From an uncultured Bdellovibrio sp. (GTDB taxonomy: Bacteria > Bdellovibrionota > Bdellovibrionia > Bdellovibrionales > Bdellovibrionaceae), in the NCBI GenBank assembly GCA_963932905.1, contig CAWVRN010000025.1, positions 1 to 64,000 on the forward strand: a stretch of 64,000 nt of DNA, written 5' to 3'. The notes under the pieces were generated by a model. It did no database searches and was not told where the DNA came from. It worked only from the letters and a program-made list of their open reading frames with translations. Shown here one piece after another: positions 50,654-59,796 of this stretch. Each line of letters opens with the position of its first letter. Positions within the stretch are counted from its first letter, which is position 1. A program made the translations under genes and the position numbers.

Positions 50654-51484
50654 ATGAAATGGAAAGGAATATTTGTTTTACTTTGGATACTATTTACCAC
50701 TTCGATGATCGGCTGGTGGTGGTTCTATGGTATTGAACAGTTATCCGTTCCTGCGGAAGTCCTTGATTTTGAAAAACGTCGCCGCATGCTATTCTGGGAA
50801 GGATCATTTTTCTTGTTAGCTCAAGTCCTAGGCGGCATGATGATGTTTTATTTTATGAAGCGAGAAGAAAAAAAGAATAAATCCATCCGCAATTTCTTTG
50901 CTGGTTTTTCACATGATTTAAAGACGTCGATATCTAGACTCAGACTACAAAGTGAAGTGTTGAGCGAAGATGAAAAATTTAAAAACAATAAGCAAATTGT
51001 TCGTTTAGTAAAAAACATTAATCAACTGGATTTGCAGCTAGAAAACTCGTTGTGGATGTCGCAACTTGATAGCATCAAGACCTTGAAAGAAAGTTTTCCT
51101 ATTTCAAAGTTGATCAGCGGCATCAAAAATGAGTTTCAGGAAGTCACAATTGAGTTAAACAAAGATCAAAATTTGGAAACAGATTACCGAGCTTTGTATT
51201 TTATATTTCGTAACTTGATTCAAAATGCACTCATTCATGGTGGTTCAAGTCGTATTGAAATTAAAATCGATGAAGCGGGCTCGCAAAAGTTGATTACCCT
51301 AGTCGATGATGGTGTTGGTGTTCAGGAAAAGTTGTCCGTCAGCGATGTCATTCATTTTCGATTCAACGACAAGAAAACATCGGGTATCGGTTTGTACTTA
51401 TGTTCCGAAATTATTAAAAAATTGAATGGGCGATTAGAATTCTTTAATCCCAAGCAAGGCTTTGGAGTGAAAATCTACCTATGA
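50654..51484 (+). CDS. Two-TM sensor histidine kinase
   Basis: SHDLKT, NLIQNALIHG, DDGVG, SGIGLYL. Confidence 0.9.
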   Translation: MKWKGIFVLLWILFTTSMIGWWWFYGIEQLSVPAEVLDFEKRRRMLFWEGSFFLLAQVLGGMMMFYFMKREEKKNKSIRNFFAGFSHDLKTSISRLRLQSEVLSEDEKFKNNKQIVRLVKNINQLDLQLENSLWMSQLDSIKTLKESFPISKLISGIKNEFQEVTIELNKDQNLETDYRALYFIFRNLIQNALIHGGSSRIEIKIDEAGSQKLITLVDDGVGVQEKLSVSDVIHFRFNDKKTSGIGLYLCSEIIKKLNGRLEFFNPKQGFGVKIYL

Positions 51485-52164
51485 AAAAGATTTTAATCGT
51501 CGAAGACGACTTAACATTAGGTGAAACACTTAAAGAACGTCTTGAACAAGATTTCGAAGTGGTTTGGGCTGCTAATCAGGCTCAAGCCGTTAAAAGGATT
51601 TCAGAGAACGAGTTTGATTTAGTGATTTTAGACATAGGACTTCCGGATGGTGATGGGTTTCAGGTCGCTAAACACCTAAACAAATCAAAAAGCAGTATCT
51701 TATTCCTAACTGCCCAAAGTGATGCGGAAAACCGCTTGCAAGGCTATGAGCTGGGCGCCGAAGAATTTATTCCAAAGCCATTTCATTTAAAAGAACTCAT
51801 GATTCGTATTCGTCACGTACTGACAGATCACTCTGTGAAACCGCATAGGCTGAACGTCGATGGGATCGAAGTTGATTTTAATCAAATGTCAGTACGTAAA
51901 CGTGACGGGACTATCGAATACCCCGCACAATCTGATCTGAAGATTGTTGAATTTCTTATTAAAAAATCGCCGCAGCCAGTGACTCGTGATGAAATCATGG
52001 ATTTTGTCTGGGGTCAGGATAAGAACGTAAATATTCGCAGTATCGATAATGCGATTGTCAGAATTAAAAAGTTTTTAGATTTAAATAACGATGATGTAAT
52101 TAGAAACGTCCGAGGAATCGGCTACCAGTGGACTTCCACAGATAGGATTAAAAATGAATATTAA
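51481..52164 (+). CDS. OmpR-family response regulator
   Basis: IVEDD, LDIGLPDGDG, KPF, NVRGIGY. Confidence 0.93.
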   Translation: MKKILIVEDDLTLGETLKERLEQDFEVVWAANQAQAVKRISENEFDLVILDIGLPDGDGFQVAKHLNKSKSSILFLTAQSDAENRLQGYELGAEEFIPKPFHLKELMIRIRHVLTDHSVKPHRLNVDGIEVDFNQMSVRKRDGTIEYPAQSDLKIVEFLIKKSPQPVTRDEIMDFVWGQDKNVNIRSIDNAIVRIKKFLDLNNDDVIRNVRGIGYQWTSTDRIKNEY

Positions 52165-53194
52165 TTTTCAAAACGCGATCAACAATGTTCCGCAATCTGT
52201 GCCGCCTATTTGGTTTATGCGCCAAGCCGGTCGTTATCATTCCCATTATCAAGCACTTCGTAAGAAAAATTCATTTATGGATTTATGTCGCCTTCCAGAT
52301 CTTGCGGCCGAAGTTACAATGGGACCAATTCAAGATTTTGATTTTGACGTGGCGATTATCTTTTCAGATTTATTGTTTCCACTTCAAGCTATGGGATTTG
52401 GTCTACAGTACGCAGATGATGGTCCTAAGCTAGATATTCATTTAACTCCGGACGTGATGGGTAAAATCACTCCGTTTGAAGAGGCTTGGCCACAGCTGAT
52501 GTTCCAAAAGAAAGCTTTGGAATTAGCTCGTAAACGATTACCAGGAAACAAATCATTAATTGGCTTCGTGGGTGGCCCTTGGACTTTGTTTGTGTACGCT
52601 GTGGAAGGCTCACATAAAGGCAGTTTAACATTATCTAAAAAATATTTGCCTTTGTATCCGCAGTTTTGCGCAAAATTAATTCCGTTACTTAAAAAGAATA
52701 TTGAATTGCAATTAGAGGGCGGTGCGGAAGTCGTGATGTTGTTTGATACTGCGGCTGGCGAGATCGATCCGCTGCTGTATTCTCAATTTATCATGCCTCA
52801 ATTGATGGATTTAGCGCAGACATTCCCTAAAAAATTAGCTTACTATTCGAAAGGAACGATGGGTGGCTACTTCCCGAAAGAATTTTTTATGGCGCCGTGG
52901 GCGGGATTAGGTTTCGATCACCGTTGGAATTTGCCTTCACTTTTGAAAAATTTAAACGGCTACAATAATCCATTTTTTGCTCAAGGAAATTTTGATCAAT
53001 CGTTACTTCATCAAGAACCCGCTGATTTTGAAAAATCACTGCGTTTTTATATAGAACCATTTAAAAACATGCCTCCCGAAGAACGCGCTCGCTGGGTCTG
53101 CGGTTTAGGTCATGGTGTTCTTCCGAACACACCCGAACAGAATGTTCGTAAGTTTATCGAAGTCATCAGAAAGGAATTCAGCCATGGTGGCTAG
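52154..53194 (+). CDS. hemE: Uroporphyrinogen decarboxylase
   Basis: PIWFMRQAGRY, FSDLL, GFVGGPWTL, GLGHGVLP. Confidence 0.97.
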   Translation: MNINFQNAINNVPQSVPPIWFMRQAGRYHSHYQALRKKNSFMDLCRLPDLAAEVTMGPIQDFDFDVAIIFSDLLFPLQAMGFGLQYADDGPKLDIHLTPDVMGKITPFEEAWPQLMFQKKALELARKRLPGNKSLIGFVGGPWTLFVYAVEGSHKGSLTLSKKYLPLYPQFCAKLIPLLKKNIELQLEGGAEVVMLFDTAAGEIDPLLYSQFIMPQLMDLAQTFPKKLAYYSKGTMGGYFPKEFFMAPWAGLGFDHRWNLPSLLKNLNGYNNPFFAQGNFDQSLLHQEPADFEKSLRFYIEPFKNMPPEERARWVCGLGHGVLPNTPEQNVRKFIEVIRKEFSHGG

Positions 53195-54539
53195 CTTTAA
53201 AGAGTTATATCGCAAATACGATATTCCGGCTCCACGTTATACCAGTTACCCAACCGTTCCGTTCTGGTCGGAAACGCCCGCGCGTGACGAATGGGTTAAA
53301 CATTTAAGTTCCGCTTTAAACAAAGATCAATCCAGCTGGGCTCTGTATGTTCATTTGCCTTACTGTGAAACGCTATGCACGTTTTGCGGTTGCAACACAT
53401 CGATCACTAAGGATCATTCCAAAGAACGTCCCTATGTAGATCTAGTTATTAAAGAATTAGATTTGTATTTACAACAGGTCCCAGAGCTAAAAACCAAACC
53501 ACTGAAGCAAATTCATTTCGGTGGTGGTTCGCCTACATTTTTCTCGGCCCAGGCATTGGGGTATCTGGTAGATGAAATTGATAAACGCGTTGTACGCCAA
53601 AAAGATCATTTCGAAGGTGCTATCGAGGTAGATCCACGCCGAACTAAAATCGAACAATTGCAGGAACTTAAAAAGCGCGGATTTAATCGCATCAGTCTAG
53701 GCGTTCAAGATTTCGATCCTGAGGTGCAACGGTTAGTAAACCGTATTCAGCCGTTTGAGCAGACGAAACAAGTCACGGACTGGGCGCGCAGTATGGGGTA
53801 CGATTCAGTTAATTTTGATTTGATTTATGGTCTTGCGAAGCAGACGCCAGAATCGATCAAAAAATCGGCCGAGTTAACGGTTGCCTTGAAGCCTGATCGC
53901 ATCGCCTTGTACAGTTTAGCGATCGTTCCTTGGATTAAGCCGGCTCAAAAACTGTTTAAAGACGAAGACCTTCCAAAAGGGGAGGATAAGCGCAAACTAT
54001 ATGAAATTGCGCGCGAGGTATTAACTCAAAATGGATATGTTGAAATCGGTATGGATCATTTTGCTTTAAATACCGATGCTTTGTATGAAAAAACTAAGGC
54101 CAAATCTCTGCATCGTAATTTTATGGGTTACACGGACCAACGCACCGATGTTCTGCTAGGACTTGGGGTTAGTTCTATCTCTGAAACGCCTGATTCATTT
54201 CATCAAAACGAAAAAGTCTTGAATATTTACGAGCAAAAAATTGTTAAGGGTGAAATACCGACTTTGCGTGGCCATGTTTTGACAGATGAAGATAAAACTC
54301 AGCGTCAGAAAATTTTGAAATTCATGACTCAGTTTGAAATTACTTTATCGGATAAAGAAAAATCAGAGGCTCAAGTTTTTTTAAAAGAAATGTTGCAAGA
54401 TAAACTGATCGAGTTCGATGGCTCCACATTGAGGTTAACCGAGCTGGGTAAACCCTTCTTACGTAATGCGGCCTTGTTTTTTGATGCTCGCTTACAACGA
54501 TCGCAGCCGCAAACACGGATTTTTTCGTCGTCGATATGA
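53184..54539 (+). CDS. hemN: Oxygen-independent coproporphyrinogen III oxidase
   Basis: PRYTSYPT, HLPYCETLCTFCGC, RNFMGY. Start 53184 follows RBS aagga. Confidence 0.97.
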   Translation: MVASFKELYRKYDIPAPRYTSYPTVPFWSETPARDEWVKHLSSALNKDQSSWALYVHLPYCETLCTFCGCNTSITKDHSKERPYVDLVIKELDLYLQQVPELKTKPLKQIHFGGGSPTFFSAQALGYLVDEIDKRVVRQKDHFEGAIEVDPRRTKIEQLQELKKRGFNRISLGVQDFDPEVQRLVNRIQPFEQTKQVTDWARSMGYDSVNFDLIYGLAKQTPESIKKSAELTVALKPDRIALYSLAIVPWIKPAQKLFKDEDLPKGEDKRKLYEIAREVLTQNGYVEIGMDHFALNTDALYEKTKAKSLHRNFMGYTDQRTDVLLGLGVSSISETPDSFHQNEKVLNIYEQKIVKGEIPTLRGHVLTDEDKTQRQKILKFMTQFEITLSDKEKSEAQVFLKEMLQDKLIEFDGSTLRLTELGKPFLRNAALFFDARLQRSQPQTRIFSSSI

Positions 54540-55735
54540 TTCGCATTATAGGTGCTGGGTTTTCCGGTCTTTCTTTAGCTTATTTTTTCACAAAGCTTGG
54601 CTACCCGGTGACAGTCATTGAGAAAAATAGTCGGACAGGTGGAGTTATCAGTTCAGAATATAAAAATAATATGCTGATTGAATCAGCTGCCAATGGTTTT
54701 TTGGCGTCTGAAAAACTGGAAGATATGTTTGCCGATATTGGCGTTCAGGCTCTAGTGCCTAAGTCAGAATCTCGGAAAAAGTATATCTTTCGAAATGGAC
54801 TACGGCGTTGGCCTTTATCGCTTGATGAAACAGTTGTACTTGTTGGACGAGCTGTCTTTGCTTTTATTTCTGGTAGATCAAAGCCACGCGAAGATGAAAG
54901 CTTAAAGGATTGGGCTCAGCGAGTTTTGGGTTTAGCGGGAAATGATTATCTGATTCAACCAATGGTTAATGGCATTTTCGCTCAAAAAACAGAAATCCTC
55001 AGCGCCAAGATGGTCTTGGGGTCGATGTTTTTTAAGAAGAAACGGAAAACCTTGAAAGGTTTAATCAGCGCACCCAATGGAATGGGAGAAGTAATACAAA
55101 AATTAGAAAGCTATTTAAAGATCAAAGGTGTTCGATTTGAACTATCGACCGACGAAAAAATGCACTCGAGTGTTTTGCAACATAATACTTTTTTAGCAAC
55201 AGACCTCTTTTCTGCAAAATCTTTCTTCGCTATGTCGAACACAAAACAGCCAGAAATAAAAAAAGATGATCTGACTTGCCTCTCTCTGGTTCGTGTGACA
55301 TTGAATTTTAAAAATCAGGTAAATCAGATCGATGGATTCGGGGTTTTGTTTCCAAATAAAGAGAAGTTTTTTACATTGGGCGTTTTAGCTAACTCAAAAA
55401 TTTTCGAAAATCGAGGAGACTACAATGAAAGCTGGATACTGGGCGATTCGGTTTTACCTGATTTAATGAATTTATCGGATGATCAGATTATCGAGAAAAT
55501 AAAACAAGATCGATTGCGCCTTTTCCCGCAAGCAATTGAAATCAAAGACGTGTCTATTCATCGCTGGAAAGAGGTTGTTCCTTGTTATGACCATCTTTTA
55601 CAGCGATTTTTGAAAGAAAATGCAGCTTTAACGTCGAATTTAGCGGGAAATTATCTGGGTGTACTAGGTTTAACGGGTATTCACGAACGAAATTCACAAA
55701 TTGCCAGTGCGTATGCAGAAAGAAATAAAAAATGA
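54536..55735 (+). CDS. hemY: FAD-dependent protoporphyrinogen oxidase (HemY type)
   Basis: IIGAGFSGL, EKNSRTGG, GFGVL, LAGNYL; between hemN and hemH. Confidence 0.82.
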   Translation: MIRIIGAGFSGLSLAYFFTKLGYPVTVIEKNSRTGGVISSEYKNNMLIESAANGFLASEKLEDMFADIGVQALVPKSESRKKYIFRNGLRRWPLSLDETVVLVGRAVFAFISGRSKPREDESLKDWAQRVLGLAGNDYLIQPMVNGIFAQKTEILSAKMVLGSMFFKKKRKTLKGLISAPNGMGEVIQKLESYLKIKGVRFELSTDEKMHSSVLQHNTFLATDLFSAKSFFAMSNTKQPEIKKDDLTCLSLVRVTLNFKNQVNQIDGFGVLFPNKEKFFTLGVLANSKIFENRGDYNESWILGDSVLPDLMNLSDDQIIEKIKQDRLRLFPQAIEIKDVSIHRWKEVVPCYDHLLQRFLKENAALTSNLAGNYLGVLGLTGIHERNSQIASAYAERNKK

Positions 55736-56772
55736 AGATGGGTGTGATTTTAAATAATATTGGTTCTCCGGATGCGCCCGATACAAAATCAGTTCGTCGC
55801 TATTTACGCGAATTTTTGATGGATCCTGGGGTGATTGAGTTACCGTTTATTTTTAGATTTATTTTGGTTTATCTGATTATTACTCCGTTTCGGGCCCCAA
55901 AATCGGCAGCGAAATATCAGAAAATATGGACCCAGGCGGGTTCGCCATTGGTTTCGATCACGGAATCGATCGCACGTAAACTTGAAAAATATAGAAATAC
56001 ATTCAGTGTGGAATCAGGAATGGTATTTCAAAACCCATCGCTGCTGACGGCGATTAAAAAGCTTCAACAGAGAAATCCAGACTTAGAAAAAATCTATTTT
56101 ATCCCTATGTATCCACAGTTTTCCGTCGCAACGACGGAAGCCAGCGAAAAAAAATTCAAAGACGTATTTGAGAAAAATAAAAATAAAATTTTTAAAAATT
56201 CTAAAGCTCCAGAGATCTACACTCTGAAGCCTTTCTACGATCATGCGAGCTTTATCCAGAATACAGTTGAAAAAATTAAAACATTCGATTTAGACACGTA
56301 CGACACTATCTTGTTTTCGTATCATGGATTGCCAAAGTCAGCGATTTTAAAAAATCCGCATTGTAGGCTTGATACTAAATGCTGTGAAACGGGAATGAAA
56401 AAGAATTGCTATCGTAGTCAGTGTTTTGAAACGACTCGTTTGATTAATATTAAGTTAAATTTAAATTTAAAAACCGCATCCGTCACGACATTTCAATCAC
56501 GTCTAGGTCCTGCGGAATGGATTAAACCTTATACCGATGAAATATTGGTCCAGCTAGCTCAGCAAAATAAGAAACGTGTTTTGGTTGTTTGCCCGGCTTT
56601 CACTGTCGACTGCTTAGAAACGCTTGAAGAAATTCAACTTGAAAACCGCAAAGCCTTTATGAATGAGGGCGGTGAGGCGTTTGACTACGTTCCGTGTTTA
56701 AACGATGACGATCAATGGTGTCAGGACCTGGCCACGCTGATTGAAGATCAGTCTCAGTTCACACAATTATAA
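55732..56772 (+). CDS. hemH: Ferrochelatase
   Basis: GSPD, PMYPQFS, FSYHGLP, FQSRLG, DCLETLEE, PCLND. Confidence 0.97.
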   Translation: MKMGVILNNIGSPDAPDTKSVRRYLREFLMDPGVIELPFIFRFILVYLIITPFRAPKSAAKYQKIWTQAGSPLVSITESIARKLEKYRNTFSVESGMVFQNPSLLTAIKKLQQRNPDLEKIYFIPMYPQFSVATTEASEKKFKDVFEKNKNKIFKNSKAPEIYTLKPFYDHASFIQNTVEKIKTFDLDTYDTILFSYHGLPKSAILKNPHCRLDTKCCETGMKKNCYRSQCFETTRLINIKLNLNLKTASVTTFQSRLGPAEWIKPYTDEILVQLAQQNKKRVLVVCPAFTVDCLETLEEIQLENRKAFMNEGGEAFDYVPCLNDDDQWCQDLATLIEDQSQFTQL

Positions 56773-56825
56773 GCTAGAACTTGGTCTAGTATTTAAGGCT
56801 GACGGAGCCAATCTATCGTCGAACT

Positions 56826-56852
56826 TAAAGTTTTCTCATTTTAAACCGATAT
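56826..56852 (+). promoter_or_regulatory. Sigma28 (FliA)-like promoter
   Basis: TAAA-N15-ACCGATAT. Confidence 0.6.
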
Positions 56853-56886
56853 AAATTATGTAAAAATAATATTAAATGAGGATATT

Positions 56887-59001
56887 ATGCCAAAATACGT
56901 TTTAAATTCGCTTCTAGCCGGAGTTTTTTCTATTACTTTTTCTGCGGCTCCTTATGCACACGCAGCAAATGATAAGTCTCCGGTTAATCAGGTTAAAACA
57001 TTTATTAAAGACTCTAAAATAACGACAACTAAATCGTATCCTGAACTGTTTGCAAAACTGCAAAAGCAAAACTCGAAAGTAAACCCTCTGGTGTTCAAGC
57101 AGATCGCAGAAGCGATGTCGGGTGAAAAATTCCCCAACATTCAAGTTCAAGAATTCACGTACAAAGGCAAAGAAGCTTTAAAAGTCATGCTTAACATGAG
57201 CGGCGAGCAAGTGGTTATTGAATACTTGTTCCACGGCGATGAAGTGATGAAGATCAATGGTACTGTTTTTAAAACCGCTGATACGACTTCATCTGAAGCT
57301 TTTGATGCTAAGTTAAAAACAATTGAAGTGTTCCATAAAATCTACCAACAGTTCCAAAAGAAAGTTTTCAGTGCCGCTACCGTTCCCACTCTGCAACAAT
57401 GGAACAAATTAACTAAAGCTCAACGTGCAGAGTTCTTCTTGCGTCATCGTCAATTACTTGAAGCTGCATACAAAGTTCACAACACGGGGCGATTTAAAGT
57501 AATTTCGGCCAATGAAAAAACATTCGACCAATGGGTTCAATCTACGTTCCTAGGTAACGAGGCGTATGCCGGTCGCGCAGAGGGAACAATTGGCGGCACC
57601 CCAGCCGGTGATAAACCAGCAAAACCTCCAGGAGCAACCGATGTACAAGCGCAGCAAGAAGCCGCTGTTGTTGAGGGCGCGAAAAAACTCACTGCTAGCA
57701 TGGGCAATATGGATCCCTTTGTCGACAATGAGGATAAAACCAGGGGGCCTAGTTGTATAGTTGCCGGACATGCTCGAAAATGGAAAAATAGTGCCTGTCC
57801 ATGGGATGGCGGAAGCGAAGCATCCAAAAAAAAATTCTATGAGGAAGAGGATCCACTCTCGAAAGAATGTTTAACAAAAGGCCCTGACGGAAGAGGCGGC
57901 AAGGGCTGGATAGCTTGTAAAGCAGTAGTTTACGGTTTTAGCGGGAAAGAAAACAATAACAGACCTTACTGCATAGATACTAACCAAAAAACTGGTACGA
58001 AAGAAAATTTTAATTTTGCTACACACGGTGATGGCCCATGCGAAGCTTTGTCACCGCTAAAAACGCCACAAGACAAAATGAAATTTATAAAAAACATTTT
58101 AGACCGTGAAGCAATACCTGGTGGAGACACCTTAAAATGCAAAGACACCAATGGTAAACTTAAGGAGTCCAAAGATTGCAATAATCAAGACAAATTGGTA
58201 ACTACGGATCCAGATCTTTTTAAAAGAATCATGGGTGAGCTAAGTGGACCGATTGCAAAGTATATTAACTCAGCAGAAAAAATCTGTGAGAAAAAAGCGG
58301 GAAAGTGGAACTACAAAGCACCAAATCCACCAAGCGGAAAATCTACTAAGAAAGATCCGGCCTACCAAGATGAGGCGTGTGATGCGTTAATGAAACGTGC
58401 CATCGCGGTTCAGAACTTGTTAACAACTGAAGAAACAAAACCAGCAGATCCAGTTCTTGCGGGTCCATGTTCTGGTTGGACACCGGCTGATGGTGTAGAA
58501 GAAGTGACTGGTTCAAATGGTACCAAAACCTGCGGTTGTAAAAACAAAGACAAATGCCGTATGGATACAGCGAACAAAGCATGCCTTCCTTTGGATACGC
58601 CAGCGCCGGGCGGCGAAGAAGTAGCCGATTTAGCAAAACCTGAAACGATTAAGGATGGAGCCGATTGCGGTAGTTTCTGGACTCGCATGAATCCAATGGT
58701 GAGCGAATGCTCTTCTACAAGCGGAGATTGGTTTAAAACTATACTTGGTGTACTAGGGGGTATCTGCTTAACAAATGCCGTGTTCGACACCCACATCACG
58801 GGATTGTGCACAAACAAACGTAAAACGGCTTCGACACCAACATACACAGATCCGGCGGTTCCTTGCCCAGCAACGGGTTGTCCAACAACGACTCCAACGA
58901 CTCCAACGACCCCAACAACTCCTACTGAGCCTCGCACCTCAGAAGAAACGACGAACCAAAGCACTCCGGTGTATAACCCGTTTCAGGTTCCACCGAGATA
59001 A
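56887..59001 (+). CDS. Secreted Cys-rich hypothetical protein with a Thr-Thr-Pro repeat tail
   Basis: Signal peptide ending AHA, many Cys, a hydrophobic segment, and TTPTTPTTPTTP near the C-terminus. Confidence 0.8.
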   Translation: MPKYVLNSLLAGVFSITFSAAPYAHAANDKSPVNQVKTFIKDSKITTTKSYPELFAKLQKQNSKVNPLVFKQIAEAMSGEKFPNIQVQEFTYKGKEALKVMLNMSGEQVVIEYLFHGDEVMKINGTVFKTADTTSSEAFDAKLKTIEVFHKIYQQFQKKVFSAATVPTLQQWNKLTKAQRAEFFLRHRQLLEAAYKVHNTGRFKVISANEKTFDQWVQSTFLGNEAYAGRAEGTIGGTPAGDKPAKPPGATDVQAQQEAAVVEGAKKLTASMGNMDPFVDNEDKTRGPSCIVAGHARKWKNSACPWDGGSEASKKKFYEEEDPLSKECLTKGPDGRGGKGWIACKAVVYGFSGKENNNRPYCIDTNQKTGTKENFNFATHGDGPCEALSPLKTPQDKMKFIKNILDREAIPGGDTLKCKDTNGKLKESKDCNNQDKLVTTDPDLFKRIMGELSGPIAKYINSAEKICEKKAGKWNYKAPNPPSGKSTKKDPAYQDEACDALMKRAIAVQNLLTTEETKPADPVLAGPCSGWTPADGVEEVTGSNGTKTCGCKNKDKCRMDTANKACLPLDTPAPGGEEVADLAKPETIKDGADCGSFWTRMNPMVSECSSTSGDWFKTILGVLGGICLTNAVFDTHITGLCTNKRKTASTPTYTDPAVPCPATGCPTTTPTTPTTPTTPTEPRTSEETTNQSTPVYNPFQVPPR

Positions 59002-59003
59002 TT

Positions 59004-59537
59004 TTGGATATCATTCGCGAGCCAGTTAGGTCAGGCAGCAAGTCAACTCTCACTGATAAATCCGCTAACCAGCGGATTTATCACGAGTTGGGTTTCCATA
59101 GTGGCTCTAGGAAGCGCCAAGGCCGCAGACTTATTGAATTCCAAATATTAAGCGCACTGGTAGATTCGTTATTAATTTTAGCCATGAGCCTACTCGTTTG
59201 TTTTTTGTATTTGGTTTCACTAAAAACAGACCTCGTTCGTATATTACCGCACCAAATTTATTTCGCTGAATTATTTGGCGTGATTTTTCTATGGATTCAG
59301 TTTTGTTATCTTGTCGTCTTAAGAACATTTGGCGGAGCTACGTTTGGTGAAAAAGTTTTTGATGTCCGCCTAGGAATCTTTCAAGAACGTTATCTTTTGT
59401 CGTACCCATTTCGAGTGATTTACAGAACGTTCATTATTTATCTTTGCGGAATCGTTGTGTTACCAATTCTTTCTTGGTTTTTCAAACGTGACTTAGCGGG
59501 CGAAATTTCGGGCTTAAAGCTGACTTCAAACGTCTAG
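59004..59537 (+). CDS. RDD family membrane protein
   Basis: ALVDSLL, GATFGEKVFDVRL, RDLAGEISG. The TAG stop is completed by the first base of the MITE. Confidence 0.7.
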   Translation: MDIIREPVRSGSKSTLTDKSANQRIYHELGFHSGSRKRQGRRLIEFQILSALVDSLLILAMSLLVCFLYLVSLKTDLVRILPHQIYFAELFGVIFLWIQFCYLVVLRTFGGATFGEKVFDVRLGIFQERYLLSYPFRVIYRTFIIYLCGIVVLPILSWFFKRDLAGEISGLKLTSNV

Positions 59538-59796
59538 AACTGGCCCCTTAGCTTGCGGCTAAGAAGCTAAAATCTACTGGAAAGACAGTCGTTTAGTTGA
59601 AATTTAAAAGCGCTGCCTTGAAACAGTTTTTCAAAAAAAAAATTATTATCCGAATTAACTCGTAATACATTCGAGTTTCGATCCCTCAATAAAAGCGAGC
59701 GTGTTGAATCTTTCTAGATTTTAGATAGCACGTTTTAAATTCACTTGATTTGACGATATTTTACTTGGCCTTAGCCGCAGGCTAAGGGGCCAGTTC
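59537..59796. mobile_element. MITE-like element, copy 2 (260 bp, 27-bp TIRs)
   Basis: gaactggccccttagcttgcggctaag ... cttagccgcaggctaaggggccagttc (TIRs match 26/27); about 96% identical to copy 1. Confidence 0.9.

Noticed and set aside
56839..56866. Possible dif site (TTATGTAAAAA resembles the XerD arm)
   Set aside because: The left arm lacks the XerC-type ATAA end, and the region is better explained as a sigma28 promoter.
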